Positions 1 through 11,421 of a stretch of DNA of 64,000 nt are shown here, piece after piece. How positions within the stretch are numbered: position 1 is the stretch's first letter; each line of letters opens with the position of its first letter. The translations under genes were made by a program, and so were the position numbers. Under the pieces are notes generated by a model. The model searched no databases. It was not told the DNA's origin and saw only the letters and a program-made list of their open reading frames with translations. The DNA is from Phoronis australis (lineage: Eukaryota > Animalia > Phoronida), in contig NMRA01000180.1 in assembly GCA_002633005.1 (NCBI GenBank), positions 257,037 to 321,036 on the forward strand, read 5' to 3'.

Positions 1-237
1 CAGTTATAACATTTTTCTCCTTGGCCTTTAGTAGCCTAAGTTGGTTAAGGGTCATAGTTTTTGCACCCGAAAAACATACTATTATTGACTGGGATAAACT
101 TGTTGGAGTTACATGTATTAAGAGCTTTAGAACAATGAATTCCCGCAGTAGTTTGTTAGGTATTCGTGAAAATCAAAGACGGTGACTTTTAACCAAAACG
201 CTTAAAATACCCTGCCACATTCTATGTGACAGTTACA

Positions 238-342
238 TGTAGCTCAGTCAGCAATGTAGGCTGCAACGCCAGAGTTTCAGATTAGATTCCAGGCTGGGGT
301 TGGCCTCAGAAAAAGATTTTCTCGCCGATGACGTCACTTTAA
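238..342 (+). repeat. Degenerate tRNA-derived repeat ending in TCTCGCCGATGACGTCAC-TTTAA
   Basis: TAGCTCAGTCAGC A-box-like start and degenerate B-box; 3' motif TCAGAAAA..TTTCTCGCCGATGA recurs near 20400 (-), 24350 and 52240. Confidence 0.45.
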
Positions 343-1762
343 AGATAAACGTTTACTACAATCGTTTTAATTAAAGAACTGATTTTTTCAATAATTTGGA
401 AGGAGGTTTGACGAGTACTAGCTCAATTTGACCGCACGTGAAATCTCACGAGTATCGCATGAGATGATTCAAGAGAACGCTGATGTCCTATGTGCAAGAG
501 ATGTTTTGGAGTCTTATATCAGTTCTTACCTTACAGCTGGCTTGTCAATGAAGACACTGCACGTAAAGTAGGAGGTCCAATTCTGCTCTACCGGCCAGTC
601 GGATGATGGAGTTTCCCTGTGTAAAAATTTGCAGTTCAAGCGTGTGTGTATTGTCAACTGCAGATATTTACTGCTTCACTGGCTCATCAGATACCGCCTT
701 TCTGAAACTGACGTTGCTGATACTGAAACCAGGAAGTTAGATAAAAATTATTTCAATGTTTTTACATGAATGGCATCCTTTAACTTCCTTCCTCGTTGTC
801 TTTTTATAAAACATTATCTTGTACGTGAATCGTGAACCTCGTGTAGAACGAAATCGATCTAAAACGTGACCGACCTAAGTGAATTCTTTGGCTACCACTT
901 CAAATTTTTGAAATCACGAAAACCCTTTCCGTTGATTATCACGTGAAATATGGTAGAACAAGACGGTTTCTTTAGTTTTTAAAGTTGACTTGCATTCAGC
1001 GAGCAGGATATTTCCTTTATTTTACGACAGCTGAATATCCTACTGCAGTGAACCACGAATTCGTGGAAATAAAAGCTGTTTTAATTATGTCAGTTGGTGG
1101 TGTCTAATTGAAGTAACGTCCATTGCAAAACACGTAATGTCTAGCACAATACGAACACTCAACGGGTTGTTAATAATCGTGAACCAAACTATAACTGACA
1201 AAATAGAATTTTCGTTTTAAAGCCATTGTTCAAATTAGAGTGAGTATTTACGACATGTCCGATTTGCTTTGACAGACGTAATGGCGCATTAAATGCACGT
1301 GCGCGTTATTTTGTTGATGCGCTTAGCTCTAGCTTCTATTGCCAGAAAAGAAATTTTTAATCTGTAGCAGCATTTCTATATTTTCTGCTAACGTTGGTCC
1401 TTACAATTTACGTGGAGGTCATATACCCACTCATAGTCCTGCGGGAACCTGTGACTGATTGAGTGAAACGGTCCTAATGGGGACTCCTATACGATCCCTA
1501 CAATTTCAGCGGACTTTGCGCAAATATTGGTTGTCTTTTCTTGCGCTATTTTACTTTGTTACGCTATGTTTTCACTTTTATAGGTACACTATGCGTTAAG
1601 TCCCTCATGTTATTGAAAATTAATAAATGTTTCAGTTTCGAGTTTTCCCAGGTGAAACAAGTTGTAATCCATGGCGTGTCCTTTTGGCGCGTGATGCAGT
1701 CAAGTGTCGGTTTCGGTCACCTGAATTGTACCCCAAATATTACGAAGCTTGTGAGCGTATAT

Positions 1763-1915
1763 GACAGGGGCGCATCCAGGATTTCGAGTTAGGGAGGACC
1801 AGCTGGGCAGAGTATTAGCCATGATTTTGCCTGTCATGCATTCGCACCCCTGAACTGTCAAATGGAACCTGGGAGAATTTTAGGAGGGGCCTGGCCGCCT
1901 TGGCCCCCCTCTAAG
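1763..1915 (+). mobile_element. hAT-like MITE of the CAGGGGCGGATCCAGGATTT family
   Basis: Recognisably the same sequence as 18360-18486 (-), 49545-49577 (-) and 63870-64000 (+). Confidence 0.6.
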
Positions 1916-2464
1916 CCCTCACTGAGATGTGCTCCAGTTGCTGTGTTCGTCAACTGAGCATTGGACATATATCGTCCCCGATTGCACGACGCAAGTTCCT
2001 CTGTTAACATCAGTTATTCCAGGAAAACTTGGCAACCCTGCAATTTTAGGTAACAGCTTGAGCGCAATACCAATTATTTATAAGTAATGTGACCAGAGTG
2101 GTAGAAGAGGAGTTTTACGACATAAATTACCACATTTAATGTTCACGGAATCAATTTATGTGATAACAGGGTCATTTTATTTCCTGCTCCTATTTTCAGG
2201 TCACTGTCATTCATCCACCAGTCTAATTTGTAATGGTTAATGGACACGAGTATTAGTGAATTTTTCAAGAGAGAGTGAAGGGGCAAACAAATCAACATAC
2301 TAGACTTGATCTAATGATCACGCGTAATACGTCAGCTTGTTTGCTGTTAACACACAAACTAGTAGAATTTCGCGGCTTTGTTACAAGATGTTCGTATACT
2401 GCGCGCAAAATGTTGGGAAGCTGACACCGTTATCACCAAATGATTCCATAGGCTCTAAATTGTT

Positions 2465-2469
2465 AAAAA
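2465..2469 (-). terminator. RNA polymerase III terminator (T5) of the tRNA-Leu gene
   Basis: TTTTT on the minus strand 5 nt after the tRNA 3' end. Confidence 0.8.
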
Positions 2470-2474
2470 TTATG

Positions 2475-2595
2475 TGTCAGAAGTGGGATTCGAACCCACG
2501 CCCACATTCGTGGACCAGAACACTCTACCCTGCTGTGCCCAGGGCAAGGCTTCTTGCCTTGAGTCTGGCGCCTTAGACCGCTCGGCCATCCTGAC
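2475..2595 (-). tRNA. tRNA-Leu-CAA: tRNA-Leu(CAA) with a 37-nt intron (2521-2557)
   Basis: Minus strand reads GTCAGGATGGCCGAGCGGTCTAAGGCGCCAGACTCAAG-[intron]-TTCTGGTCCACGAATGTGGGCGTGGGTTCGAATCCCACTTCTGACA: canonical metazoan Leu-CAA body, intron one base 3' of the anticodon, long variable arm, 84-nt mature length. Confidence 0.97.
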
Positions 2596-4179
2596 CTTGA
2601 TAACAGGTACGCTTGAAAGATAAACGAAACTTGTATATTTTGTTCGTCCATCTATATTCAGCTTTATGGAGATAGATTATTGATGGAAAGGTTGTTTTCA
2701 CAAATGTAGTTGGAGCTGCATTTCGCCGTTTAGCTGGCTAAAAGAAATAAAGATTGTGTCGTGCCTTTTTCTGTCATAAAATCGGTATCATAAGATCCCT
2801 TACCATGAAAGGAATCCCTATCTGCAACCAACTCAAATACAAGCGCGCCATTTTCAAATTCGCAATTTAAGGTTTTACTAATAACCCGATAAACACGTGT
2901 TTATTGGGTCCTACCATGGATCTTTTCTTAAGTCGCTGATGATTTCGATTTTCTTGTTAGAAACCTGTCATTGTAGGGAATGTTTTAATATTGATTTTAT
3001 GAAAGTGAAATGCCTTATTCGATTTTTGATTTTAGCCACCTAAAATAAAGTGATGGAAATGCTGTTTTCGTTAGTCTGCCATTTTATAAATCAACGTCGT
3101 TATCTTCTTCGGAATTTTGACACTACACCTAAAACAGTGACTTGCATGTCCATTGGTCACTGCGAAAATCTTCTCAGTTTTTGTTACACATCCAACACAA
3201 AATATCTAAAACAGTCGCCCTCCGGTGATAATTGGGATTATCTCATAACCTCAAAACCCGTTTATTAATTTTGGGTTTGAGGTTAAGTTAAAAGTGTTTC
3301 AATAACGCATGCTCGCACCTATCGCAAGCTCCGCCCCCTTGCGAAATATCGACAAAGAAACAATGAATTTTACCCGGCAACGAGTTGTTTGTCGGGTAAA
3401 ATGGCGACGAAGGTGGGTCAAGAATGCTGCGTTGTGATTGGTTTGTTGTTAAGCCGTCACTCAAACCCCTAATAGGTCAATTGTTTGAATGTTTAAGTAA
3501 ATTACTGTTCAATGTCGGCGAATTCACAACAGTCGTATCAACCAGGGAAATGTCCGGTAAAAGACGTGTACAGTGCACGCTGTTAGATAATAAGCTGTAG
3601 CTCGTGGTCCGGCCGAGGTTATAGCAAGTCCGAGTCAAGTTCCTGCCGAGACTATTCACTTCATGGCTTATTTGGAGGCCAAGGGATTTTACTGCCTGAT
3701 CGATGGGTGCCGCTCAGCGAGGCGCATAGGCAAGGAGAATCAACAATTGGTCGGATTTCAAAACCACTTGCCCGATGGCCTCACCCAAAAACATGATTAG
3801 TTGGCTGGACCCAAAGCACGATGGCCGGTGCTGTAACCAGTGGGCCGGTGATCAAACACGATGGCCGGACTTCATCGGCAGTTGCTTTGAATGTCTCGAA
3901 GGATTCAAGTGACATCTAGTGTCTATTTTTCGTAGCTACGTGTTTGCTTTGCTCCATATCGGCAATTTGTTAGACCATTGTGTTTGAGCACCAGCCAACT
4001 CGTTTTAGGTCCTACCAACCAGTTTTTTGGGTGCGGCCATCTGGTTCTGAGGTACCGGCCAACCTGTTTTGAGGTCCGACCACCAAGTTAGATCACCGGC
4101 CATTTGGTTCCACAGTCCAGCCAGCGCGGACAGTGTTGTCTTTACGCAGAGGAGTCGGCACGAAAAGGAAAAACATTAA

Positions 4180-5270
4180 AGGCGAAGGCAACCTTTTTTC
4201 ATGTTGGAGCTAAAATAAGGTTGGTTGGTTATCCTAGACATATTTTCCACTTAATTACAGCTTTTCATAATTTTGTTAATTACTCGTCCGCTACTCCGGA
4301 AGTGATGTTTTAGGAGGCAAGCATTTCGCGCCAATTTCTTTTCATATAGTCTGACTGTGATAGCTGCCGACTCAATCATTGTTCTACCTCGGTTGTGTTA
4401 AGTTCCGTCGTCGTTTGCTTTCATTTACTAGTCAGTCAACATGCCACTCTGTTGCTGCGTACCGGGATGTACAAATTATGGTCTCACGCGCGCTTTGGGA
4501 GTACCTTTGCATCGCTTTCCGANNNNNNNNNNNNNNNNNNNNNNNNNNNNNNNNNNNNNNNNNNNNNNNNNNNNNNNNNNNNNNNNNNNNNNNNNNNNNN
4601 NNNNNNNNNNNNNNNNNNNNNNNNNNNNNNNNNNNNNNNNNNNNNNNNNNNNNNNNNNNNNNNNNNNNNNNNNNNNNNNNNNNNNNNNNNNNNNNNNNNN
4701 NNNNNNNNNNNNNNNNNNNNNNNNNNNNNNNNNNNNNNNNNNNNNNNNNNNNNNNNNNNNNNNNNNNNNNNNNNNNNNNNNNNNNNNNNNNNNNNNNNNN
4801 NNNNNNNNNNNNNNNNNNNNNNNNNNNNNNNNNNNNNNNNNNNNNNNNNNNNNNNNNNNNNNTCACCACTGCTGTGAACAAGGTCTCCGTCACTCACACT
4901 ACTGTCACTGTGATACGGGTCACCGAGTCCAGCCATTTTCAGCTTACAACACCCTAAGCAATCCCTAAATCCAACGTAGTTGAGTTCTCTACTAACCTAT
5001 GTTGCCGCAGAATACTCACCGATGGAAAGTGGTGGTGACAATTGTTGAAAAACAGCACAAAACAAAAATAGAACACAACAGATTCGCACGGTAAACTCAA
5101 CGCAAAACCAAGTGGCGGGAAACGCTTGCCTCCTAAAACGTCACTTCCGGAGTAGCGGACGAGTAATTAATAAAATTACGAAAATCTGTAATTAAGTGGA
5201 AAATATGTCTAGGATAACCAACCAACCTTATTTTAGCTCAAAATGACATGAAAAAAGGTTGCCTTCGCCT
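4180..5270 (+). mobile_element. Kolobok-type DNA transposon (short/non-autonomous or gap-truncated) with ~155-bp TIRs and TTAA TSD
   Basis: TTAA|AGGCGAAGGCAACC...GGTTGCCTTCGCCT|TTAA; 4180-~4332 is the near-perfect reverse complement of ~5113-5270; RR/YY termini with TTAA TSD are the Kolobok signature. Confidence 0.85.
4441..4522 (+). CDS. N-terminus of a THAP zinc-finger ORF inside the Kolobok element (runs into an assembly gap)
   Basis: MPLCCCVPGCTNYGLTRALGVPLHRFP matches the THAP start pattern M-x-x-C-C-V-P-G-C-x-N...H-R-F-P. Confidence 0.75.
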
Positions 5271-6115
5271 TTAATTATAATGACGTAACCTGTCTCCTAA
5301 TTGGTATGGCCAGCCTTCATTGTCAACTTACTACACGTTATTTCTATGAATGATCATGAACTAAAAGAGATCCGATTCGTCTGGTATTGCTGTACTTCTG
5401 TAATCTACAATTTTGTGAACAAGCCAAGCGGACGTGAAAGCATCCTGTAACTTGAACATATAGTGCAACGGATTTACCCTCTGTTTGTTAAGTCTCGTCC
5501 GTATCGGCTTTTTTCCATATAAATTGAATTTTAACCTACTTCTCTTGGATAAGGTCATCGCCCACATTTCCGTGCGAAACCACCTCGCCTGAGTCCCGCA
5601 GATCAAAGTAACTCGCAAAAATTCAAGATCGCCCAAGACATTGACATGGATTGAGAAGAAAGTGATCTTACCCAGCCGTTACGCGTGAATTCCTGCGTCC
5701 ACTGAACGCCGTTCTGGATTCACAATGTGAAGAAGAGTAAGCTGTTTAGTTCGTCGGTTTCGGTTTCGCTTCATAGATCTCACTTTGAAACAGTTTCGCT
5801 TATTTGTTTGAAAAAACGTCATGGGAAGTAGAAAAATAATTTTATTCGGTGTTTTTGACAAAATCTCAGTTATACTATCAACCGACTTTGGAGCCGTATT
5901 AAAACGGAGCTACTCGTTCATTTTTTTGTTTTTGATCTGACAAAATTCGTGAAGGGATCGACCACCGTCGCCACCACGCTCATTCGATACAATATTCGGC
6001 ATTTTCCGTTCTACTAGTGTACATGATGACGTCTCACGGAAATAAACGTACTTTGTATCGAATAAGCATGGTCGCCAATTTCCTGGTCTATTCTCATGTT
6101 TGTTGTTTCTCCCAA

Positions 6116-6710
6116 TTTTTTTAATGTTTATTACGAAATCTTCAATGCACGTATACATAACCCAGAGAGTCAAGAGGCATTATATCTGGCTTAAATAAAT
6201 ACGAAGTAATCTATATGCAGTTCATATACACAAATACATAAATTAAAAAGCTTATGGTAAGATTACAATGACATATGATTAGGAAAGTAAATAAATCATT
6301 TTCATACACATTTACACAATTTTATCCACTTACACAAAGAGATTTAATATTATAAAAAAATTTTGATACTATTTCTAATAAAACCTTATTTTCATTTGGG
6401 TTGAGTTCTTGGCATCCATGTAGAAAAAAAAAATAATTTTGTTGTACAATTGCGGAATTTCAGAATATTTTTGTTAACATTGGGGTATTGCTCGAGTGTC
6501 TGGAAAAGCTGTACCCTCTGCTTCCTGCATACCTCACAAGCAAAGAAAACATGAGCAATTGTCTCCCAGTGTGAGTATGGGACGTGAATGAAAATGCAAT
6601 TTGAAGATCGCGTTATGGTTGTGTTTTGGTGTATGGTGCATCTCCTCCAGTTTAAATGTACATGTAGGTCTAAAATGGTAAGAAAATACCTAACTAAAGA
6701 AGTCACATTT
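6116..6710 (-). mobile_element. 3' remnant of a non-LTR retrotransposon (LINE ORF2 C-terminal CCHC knuckle, 3' UTR and A-tail)
   Basis: Minus-strand peptide ...HLNW...C...ETIAHVFFACE...KQRVQLFQTL is typical of a LINE ORF2 C-terminus; followed by AATAAA and A7 at ~6116-6132. Confidence 0.6.
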
Positions 6711-8019
6711 TCTATGACATGAGTGTTGTTAACAGTACGAAAGTAAGAACTGTGTATAATTGAGTGAAGTCAAAAGCACGCATTATACTTTGCCGAAAGG
6801 TCGGGCCTCAGCGGAATTTCGTGTCTATAAATCTTAGAGCTTAGAGTTTGGAATAAATCCGGCAGGTGGATTATCAAAAGATGGCGTGCTAGGCTATGGA
6901 CTTACATAGCCTGCTCACATCCGTAGCCTATCAGGCGGCAAAACAGCATGAGCCCACGAAAAGCATTACCCNCTATGCTTCTTAAGTAGACTATATCTGC
7001 GGTGTCGACACAAATCATGAATTTTCTCAAAACTGTAGGCCATTTAACGGATTGCAGTCGTCTAATGTTAGTTGACAATCATTGTTCTTGTTTGATTTAA
7101 CGCGAACTTCTATTCATTGTTGCTAGGCGTAGTACTCTACGTGACATGCAAGAACATTCTTGGGCCACAAATTGTTAGTTGCACAAACTACAAAATTAGT
7201 ACAGAGTTTGAGACCACAAACCGTCCAAACTTTGGTAGCTAAGCTTTTTCCAATGTTCTGGTCGAGAAAACTCAAATAGAAGTTGTAATAAACATTAACT
7301 TTCACTGGATTGAAAACCTTTTCCGTGATTGCAGGAAGAGTTTCTGATAGGGTCTAAGACATGTGCATGTACAAATAGGAAACGAATCACTTGAAATTCA
7401 AGAAATGAAATTTTGAACCTAATAAACATTAAATATAAACAAAAATAATTAAACTACTCTGTTGACTTTCAAATGGGCGGATTTCGGGGATGGTCCAGGG
7501 TGCACGCCCCCGTCCCTCTACGGACACGTCAAAAAACACGAAACTTCAAACCCTCAAATTATGACCATTTTTGCAAAGACCTTGGTGCAGAAAATCCTTG
7601 ATGTAATTTGCGGCAAATTGTGCCAGTTTGAGTATTACGACAACTGGTGCCGTTTTGACAATTTTGATTGCACTCAGGGCCGGATTAACACTTTGTGTGA
7701 GGACCCTCCAGAGTTTTTGCAACTTGCATTGCGTACACCCGCTTTCCGCATTTTTAGAAAGTGCGAAAAAACGTGACACGCACATATTCAGACGAAATAT
7801 CCCCAGAGCTTTTAATTAAAATGACGATGTTTCAAGAACACAAAGTTGTTGGATTTTGTTTTTATGATTTCCAGTGCTATGAAATGACTAACTGTTGAGG
7901 GCTTAGTTAACCCAGTAAAACGTGAGCATCTTTCCTTTTCATGTGGTCATCATGGAACAGTTCACGGGTTCTCGGTCTGTCAATGACCAGCATAGGTGTT
8001 CGTGAACATTCTAATTTAA

Positions 8020-8791
8020 AGGAACCTAAAGCAATTTCTGTCTACAAATCCTATCCTTGGGGGTAGTATCTCAGAGGTCCCCGACGAAAATGATTTAGGT
8101 GGCCCTATTATTTAAAAAGTGATACCTGGTATTTAATTCGCTAAATTGTAATAGAAACCTCAAAAGGGAGGTCTCAATAACAGCCTAATATGGCTGAGCT
8201 AATTCATTGGCTATTGTTAATGTGAAAATAATATTGAACGATCCTTTCTGCTAGAAGTACAGTGTAGGTGTCTCCCTTATTTATCGAACCAGCGTGCTGT
8301 GATGGAATAATTGAAACAAGTCACCGTTTCAGAAATGCAGCCAATAGGGCCGTCCCGGATTACGCAGAGACACTTGAATCTTCACCCACAATGCCGTGAA
8401 AATCCGTCAGGCACATTTGCTGCCTCGTTTTCTTGCCACTGGAGTTTCACTTGTTATTTATTATTATCTGATTCTTTGCAAATTTTTCTCAGTAGCATTA
8501 CTCTAATCGTCACCCCATTTCCAACGAAGTATTACTGCTGTGCTTCAGGCTGCAACTCCAACGTGAGAAAGTTTGATAAATTGGACAGATACCCGTAGAT
8601 GCGTGATCTGAAATTCTTCGCCTTCCCGACATCAATGGAGACTCCAAAATGTGCCTGATTTCCAAACCGAGGCCACGCGTTTTCTAACCTCCCGTACGAA
8701 GGAGGGTTCTATCGCTGTGTAATTCGGGACGGTCCTATTGTAAAGGTTTTCGAAACAAGAAGTCATGGAGATGACAGAACGTTTTATTCCT
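8020..8791. mobile_element. Kolobok-like MITE with short TIRs, containing a nested element
   Basis: TTAA|AGGAA...TTCCT|TTAA ends with weak further inverted similarity. Confidence 0.45.
8342..8740 (+). mobile_element. Non-autonomous TIR element (ISL2EU-like, AT TSD) carrying a disrupted THAP fragment
   Basis: 29-bp TIR CAATAGGGCCGTCCCGGATTACGCAGAGA / TCGCTGTGTAATTCGGGACGGTCCTATTG; internal PTKYYCCASGCNSNVRK...YP*MRDLKFFAFP is a THAP N-terminus with an in-frame stop. Confidence 0.7.
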
Positions 8792-10765
8792 TTAAGTTCT
8801 TGTCTACCAACTTTCTCCGTAGTAGTTTGTCACTTTATCGTGGCACAGTGCAACGTGTTATCAATACCACACCTTCCAAATTTTACCGAACTCTGGGTGT
8901 TTATTTAACTGAAAACTAATTACTAATTTTGTGTATTGGTTTGTGTAAATAAAGATGCACGTATGTATACAGGTATGTGTTGTTTAACCTAAATAATCTA
9001 TTGAAGCTGAGTGTATTGCCCACTAGTCAGTGACGACATCTAAGATTGTGTATTATTATGTTCATAAATCAAATCATTTAGAATCCTCTCTAGAAAGGAG
9101 TTCTCGGTCGGAGGGATGACCGATGGTCGAATTGGTCTCTTCTTTTTCCTGCTTTTGCAAAAATATACATCCTGTCATGTTAAAGGGTAATGCTCTTGGA
9201 GGGTGGCGATAAAATCAATTGTCATCTTTTTTCCTGTACTTTGACATGATATGTCCTTTCGTGTCAAGATTTTTCCTTAAGGAGGAGGAGATCTAGGAGG
9301 GGCCCCTTGTCTCCCTATAAATCCGACACTGGCTGCACTGCTGACTAGGAAACTCGAACTGTTAACGCTGAATGGTGAAATCTCCTAAGTATTAGAGGGG
9401 TCAAGAAAATTATGCAAATGTCATCAAGAGCAAGCAGCGATATCTTGCCCACAGATATGAATTTTATTTTGACAAGGAGCTTGGCAGTCTCCGGCGAACC
9501 GTCTTTCTCTGTGCCGAGTTTAATTTTTTCTGTCTGTTTCGCCCAAAATTCATTTGCCTCTTCGACAGCCGCAGGTAACGATTGATCGCAAATTAAGAAT
9601 TGCAGATGATGCACACTGTGTTTAATGAATACAAGTCTATTTCCAAGTTTGATAAAGATATATGACAGGAGATATACGATTTCATATATTACGATATATC
9701 GTTGTCACCGGGCAAAATCTTTCTTCTTGAAGTCAGTGCAAATCTCTTTTGAATGTTCATTGCCTCCAGTGGTGAGCAACTATTGGCCAGGACGCGCTAT
9801 TTGTTAAGTGTTCTCTTGGTGCAGTCGTTAGCAGGCAATTCAACCCGTCACCTGACCTCTGTGCCAACAGTGACCAATCGTGGCGGACTTTAGGGTTCTT
9901 AGGAGTTAAAAAACAAACGTTATAATTCTGTTGTGAATCGGTTAATTTACCGCTTTTAAAAACCTGAAGTGCTCGTAGCGGCTTCTTTAACTATCATGTG
10001 CACTTAGACTGTGTACTGTTTTGGATATTTTGCCCAAAATTGCTTCCGTCACTTGCTATTGCGTAAATAGTACTTCCCTGGGAGCACGAAGTAGTGTTCA
10101 TCTAAAACAAAATCCTTTCTTTGTACTCTCAGTAGATCAAAACACGTGACCTATCCTCACAGTCCTCCATTAGCTGACGCCCTAACCGTTGCTCGTGCTT
10201 GCTGATTTAGCAAATTTTGTAAGGAGCAGTCAAACTAATTAAATTATAAGAATACATTTTTGATTCAAAGAAAAGTGTAAAAGTGGCGTTAAAATCGTCT
10301 GACATTTTGGACGAAAAAATAGGATTTTACAGAAATTAGCAGTAGCACTGAATCAAACCTTCCAACTCCAAAAAGAAGGCGCAAGACTGCCGCTGAATCC
10401 CATGTGTGAAGTTAAAAGTAGCAGGGTGTCTTATGCGCACTGAAATAATAAAAACGTCTGCCTTGATTTCAGAGAATGTCTGGCAGGCAACGTAAATATT
10501 GGAGATTTGTAATAAAAATCACACAAAAACACGGTTAAAGCTAGAAACTTCTAAAAGCTTATCCTATTCAGCAACTATCCCAACGTGGAGTTTGTCGGTC
10601 CTTCGATAGTCGTAGGTGTTTACCATGCTATCCCTGAAAGTTGCATTGTAACGACATGTTAAAAAAACATTTGGCGTTGTTTCGTCAACTGCAGTCTATT
10701 CAAAGGAAGGTGAGCCTGATGACTCGACTTGAGAACATGTAATCCGTCAGTTGAATTGAGAAACG

Positions 10766-11421
10766 TTAACAACCCAACCGACTCACCAAAGCCCGTTCTT
10801 TACGCCCAACTAAGTCATCACGCGATGGGAGTGGGGCGCTAAATGCTTTTCTGACTTCAATTGGTCTAGGTTCGAACACTTCAGGTATCTTAGCTATTAC
10901 ATCTGGACTTGTTTCCGGTGACACTGATATCATAGCCGTCGCGTTTCCTTGACGACGCCTCTTTAGGTGGCTACGAATTCCAGTTTTCGTGCAGCATTTT
11001 ACTTTGGCTTGTCTGTGGTCACCGATCTCGTTATTTTCTGAAAGAATGTTTGTGATTCCTTTTCGGAATCTGGAAGGAAACATATATTTTCTTGTAGTAT
11101 AGAACGTGAGAACTGCAACAAATACCGAGGCAATCACCAGAGTCGCGGTTGCAATCAAGTCGTGAATATAGAATTCGAACCAATCAGAAAGCTGAGTTGG
11201 GTCACATGAACATACTCCTTTGGGTAGTCCGCGCAGAGGTCCCTTTGTGTTTTCCCAGATTATATTTTCTGCATCGCATGTGCAGTCCACTGTTTTAAGC
11301 TCTTCGTTGTTACGTTGCAAGTTTTGCCACACAATGTCGGACGCGTCTCTAATTTGCCGCCAAGCGGTCTCTCCTTCAAAGTTTTCCATTGGCCGGTCTG
11401 CCGTCACCTCTAATCTAGTCT
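10766..11421 (-). CDS. Terminal coding exon of an uncharacterised single-pass membrane protein
   Basis: More than 210 open codons; TTTTTGTTTAG acceptor at 11422; Cys pairs CTC/CSC, hydrophobic LIATATLVIASVFVAVLTFYT followed by basic RKY..RFRK (positive-inside), polar tail. Confidence 0.7.

Noticed and set aside
530-722. Minus-strand exon-like segment with good acceptor and GTAAG donor
   Set aside because: Stops in all three frames; could be a UTR or lncRNA exon but cannot be supported as coding
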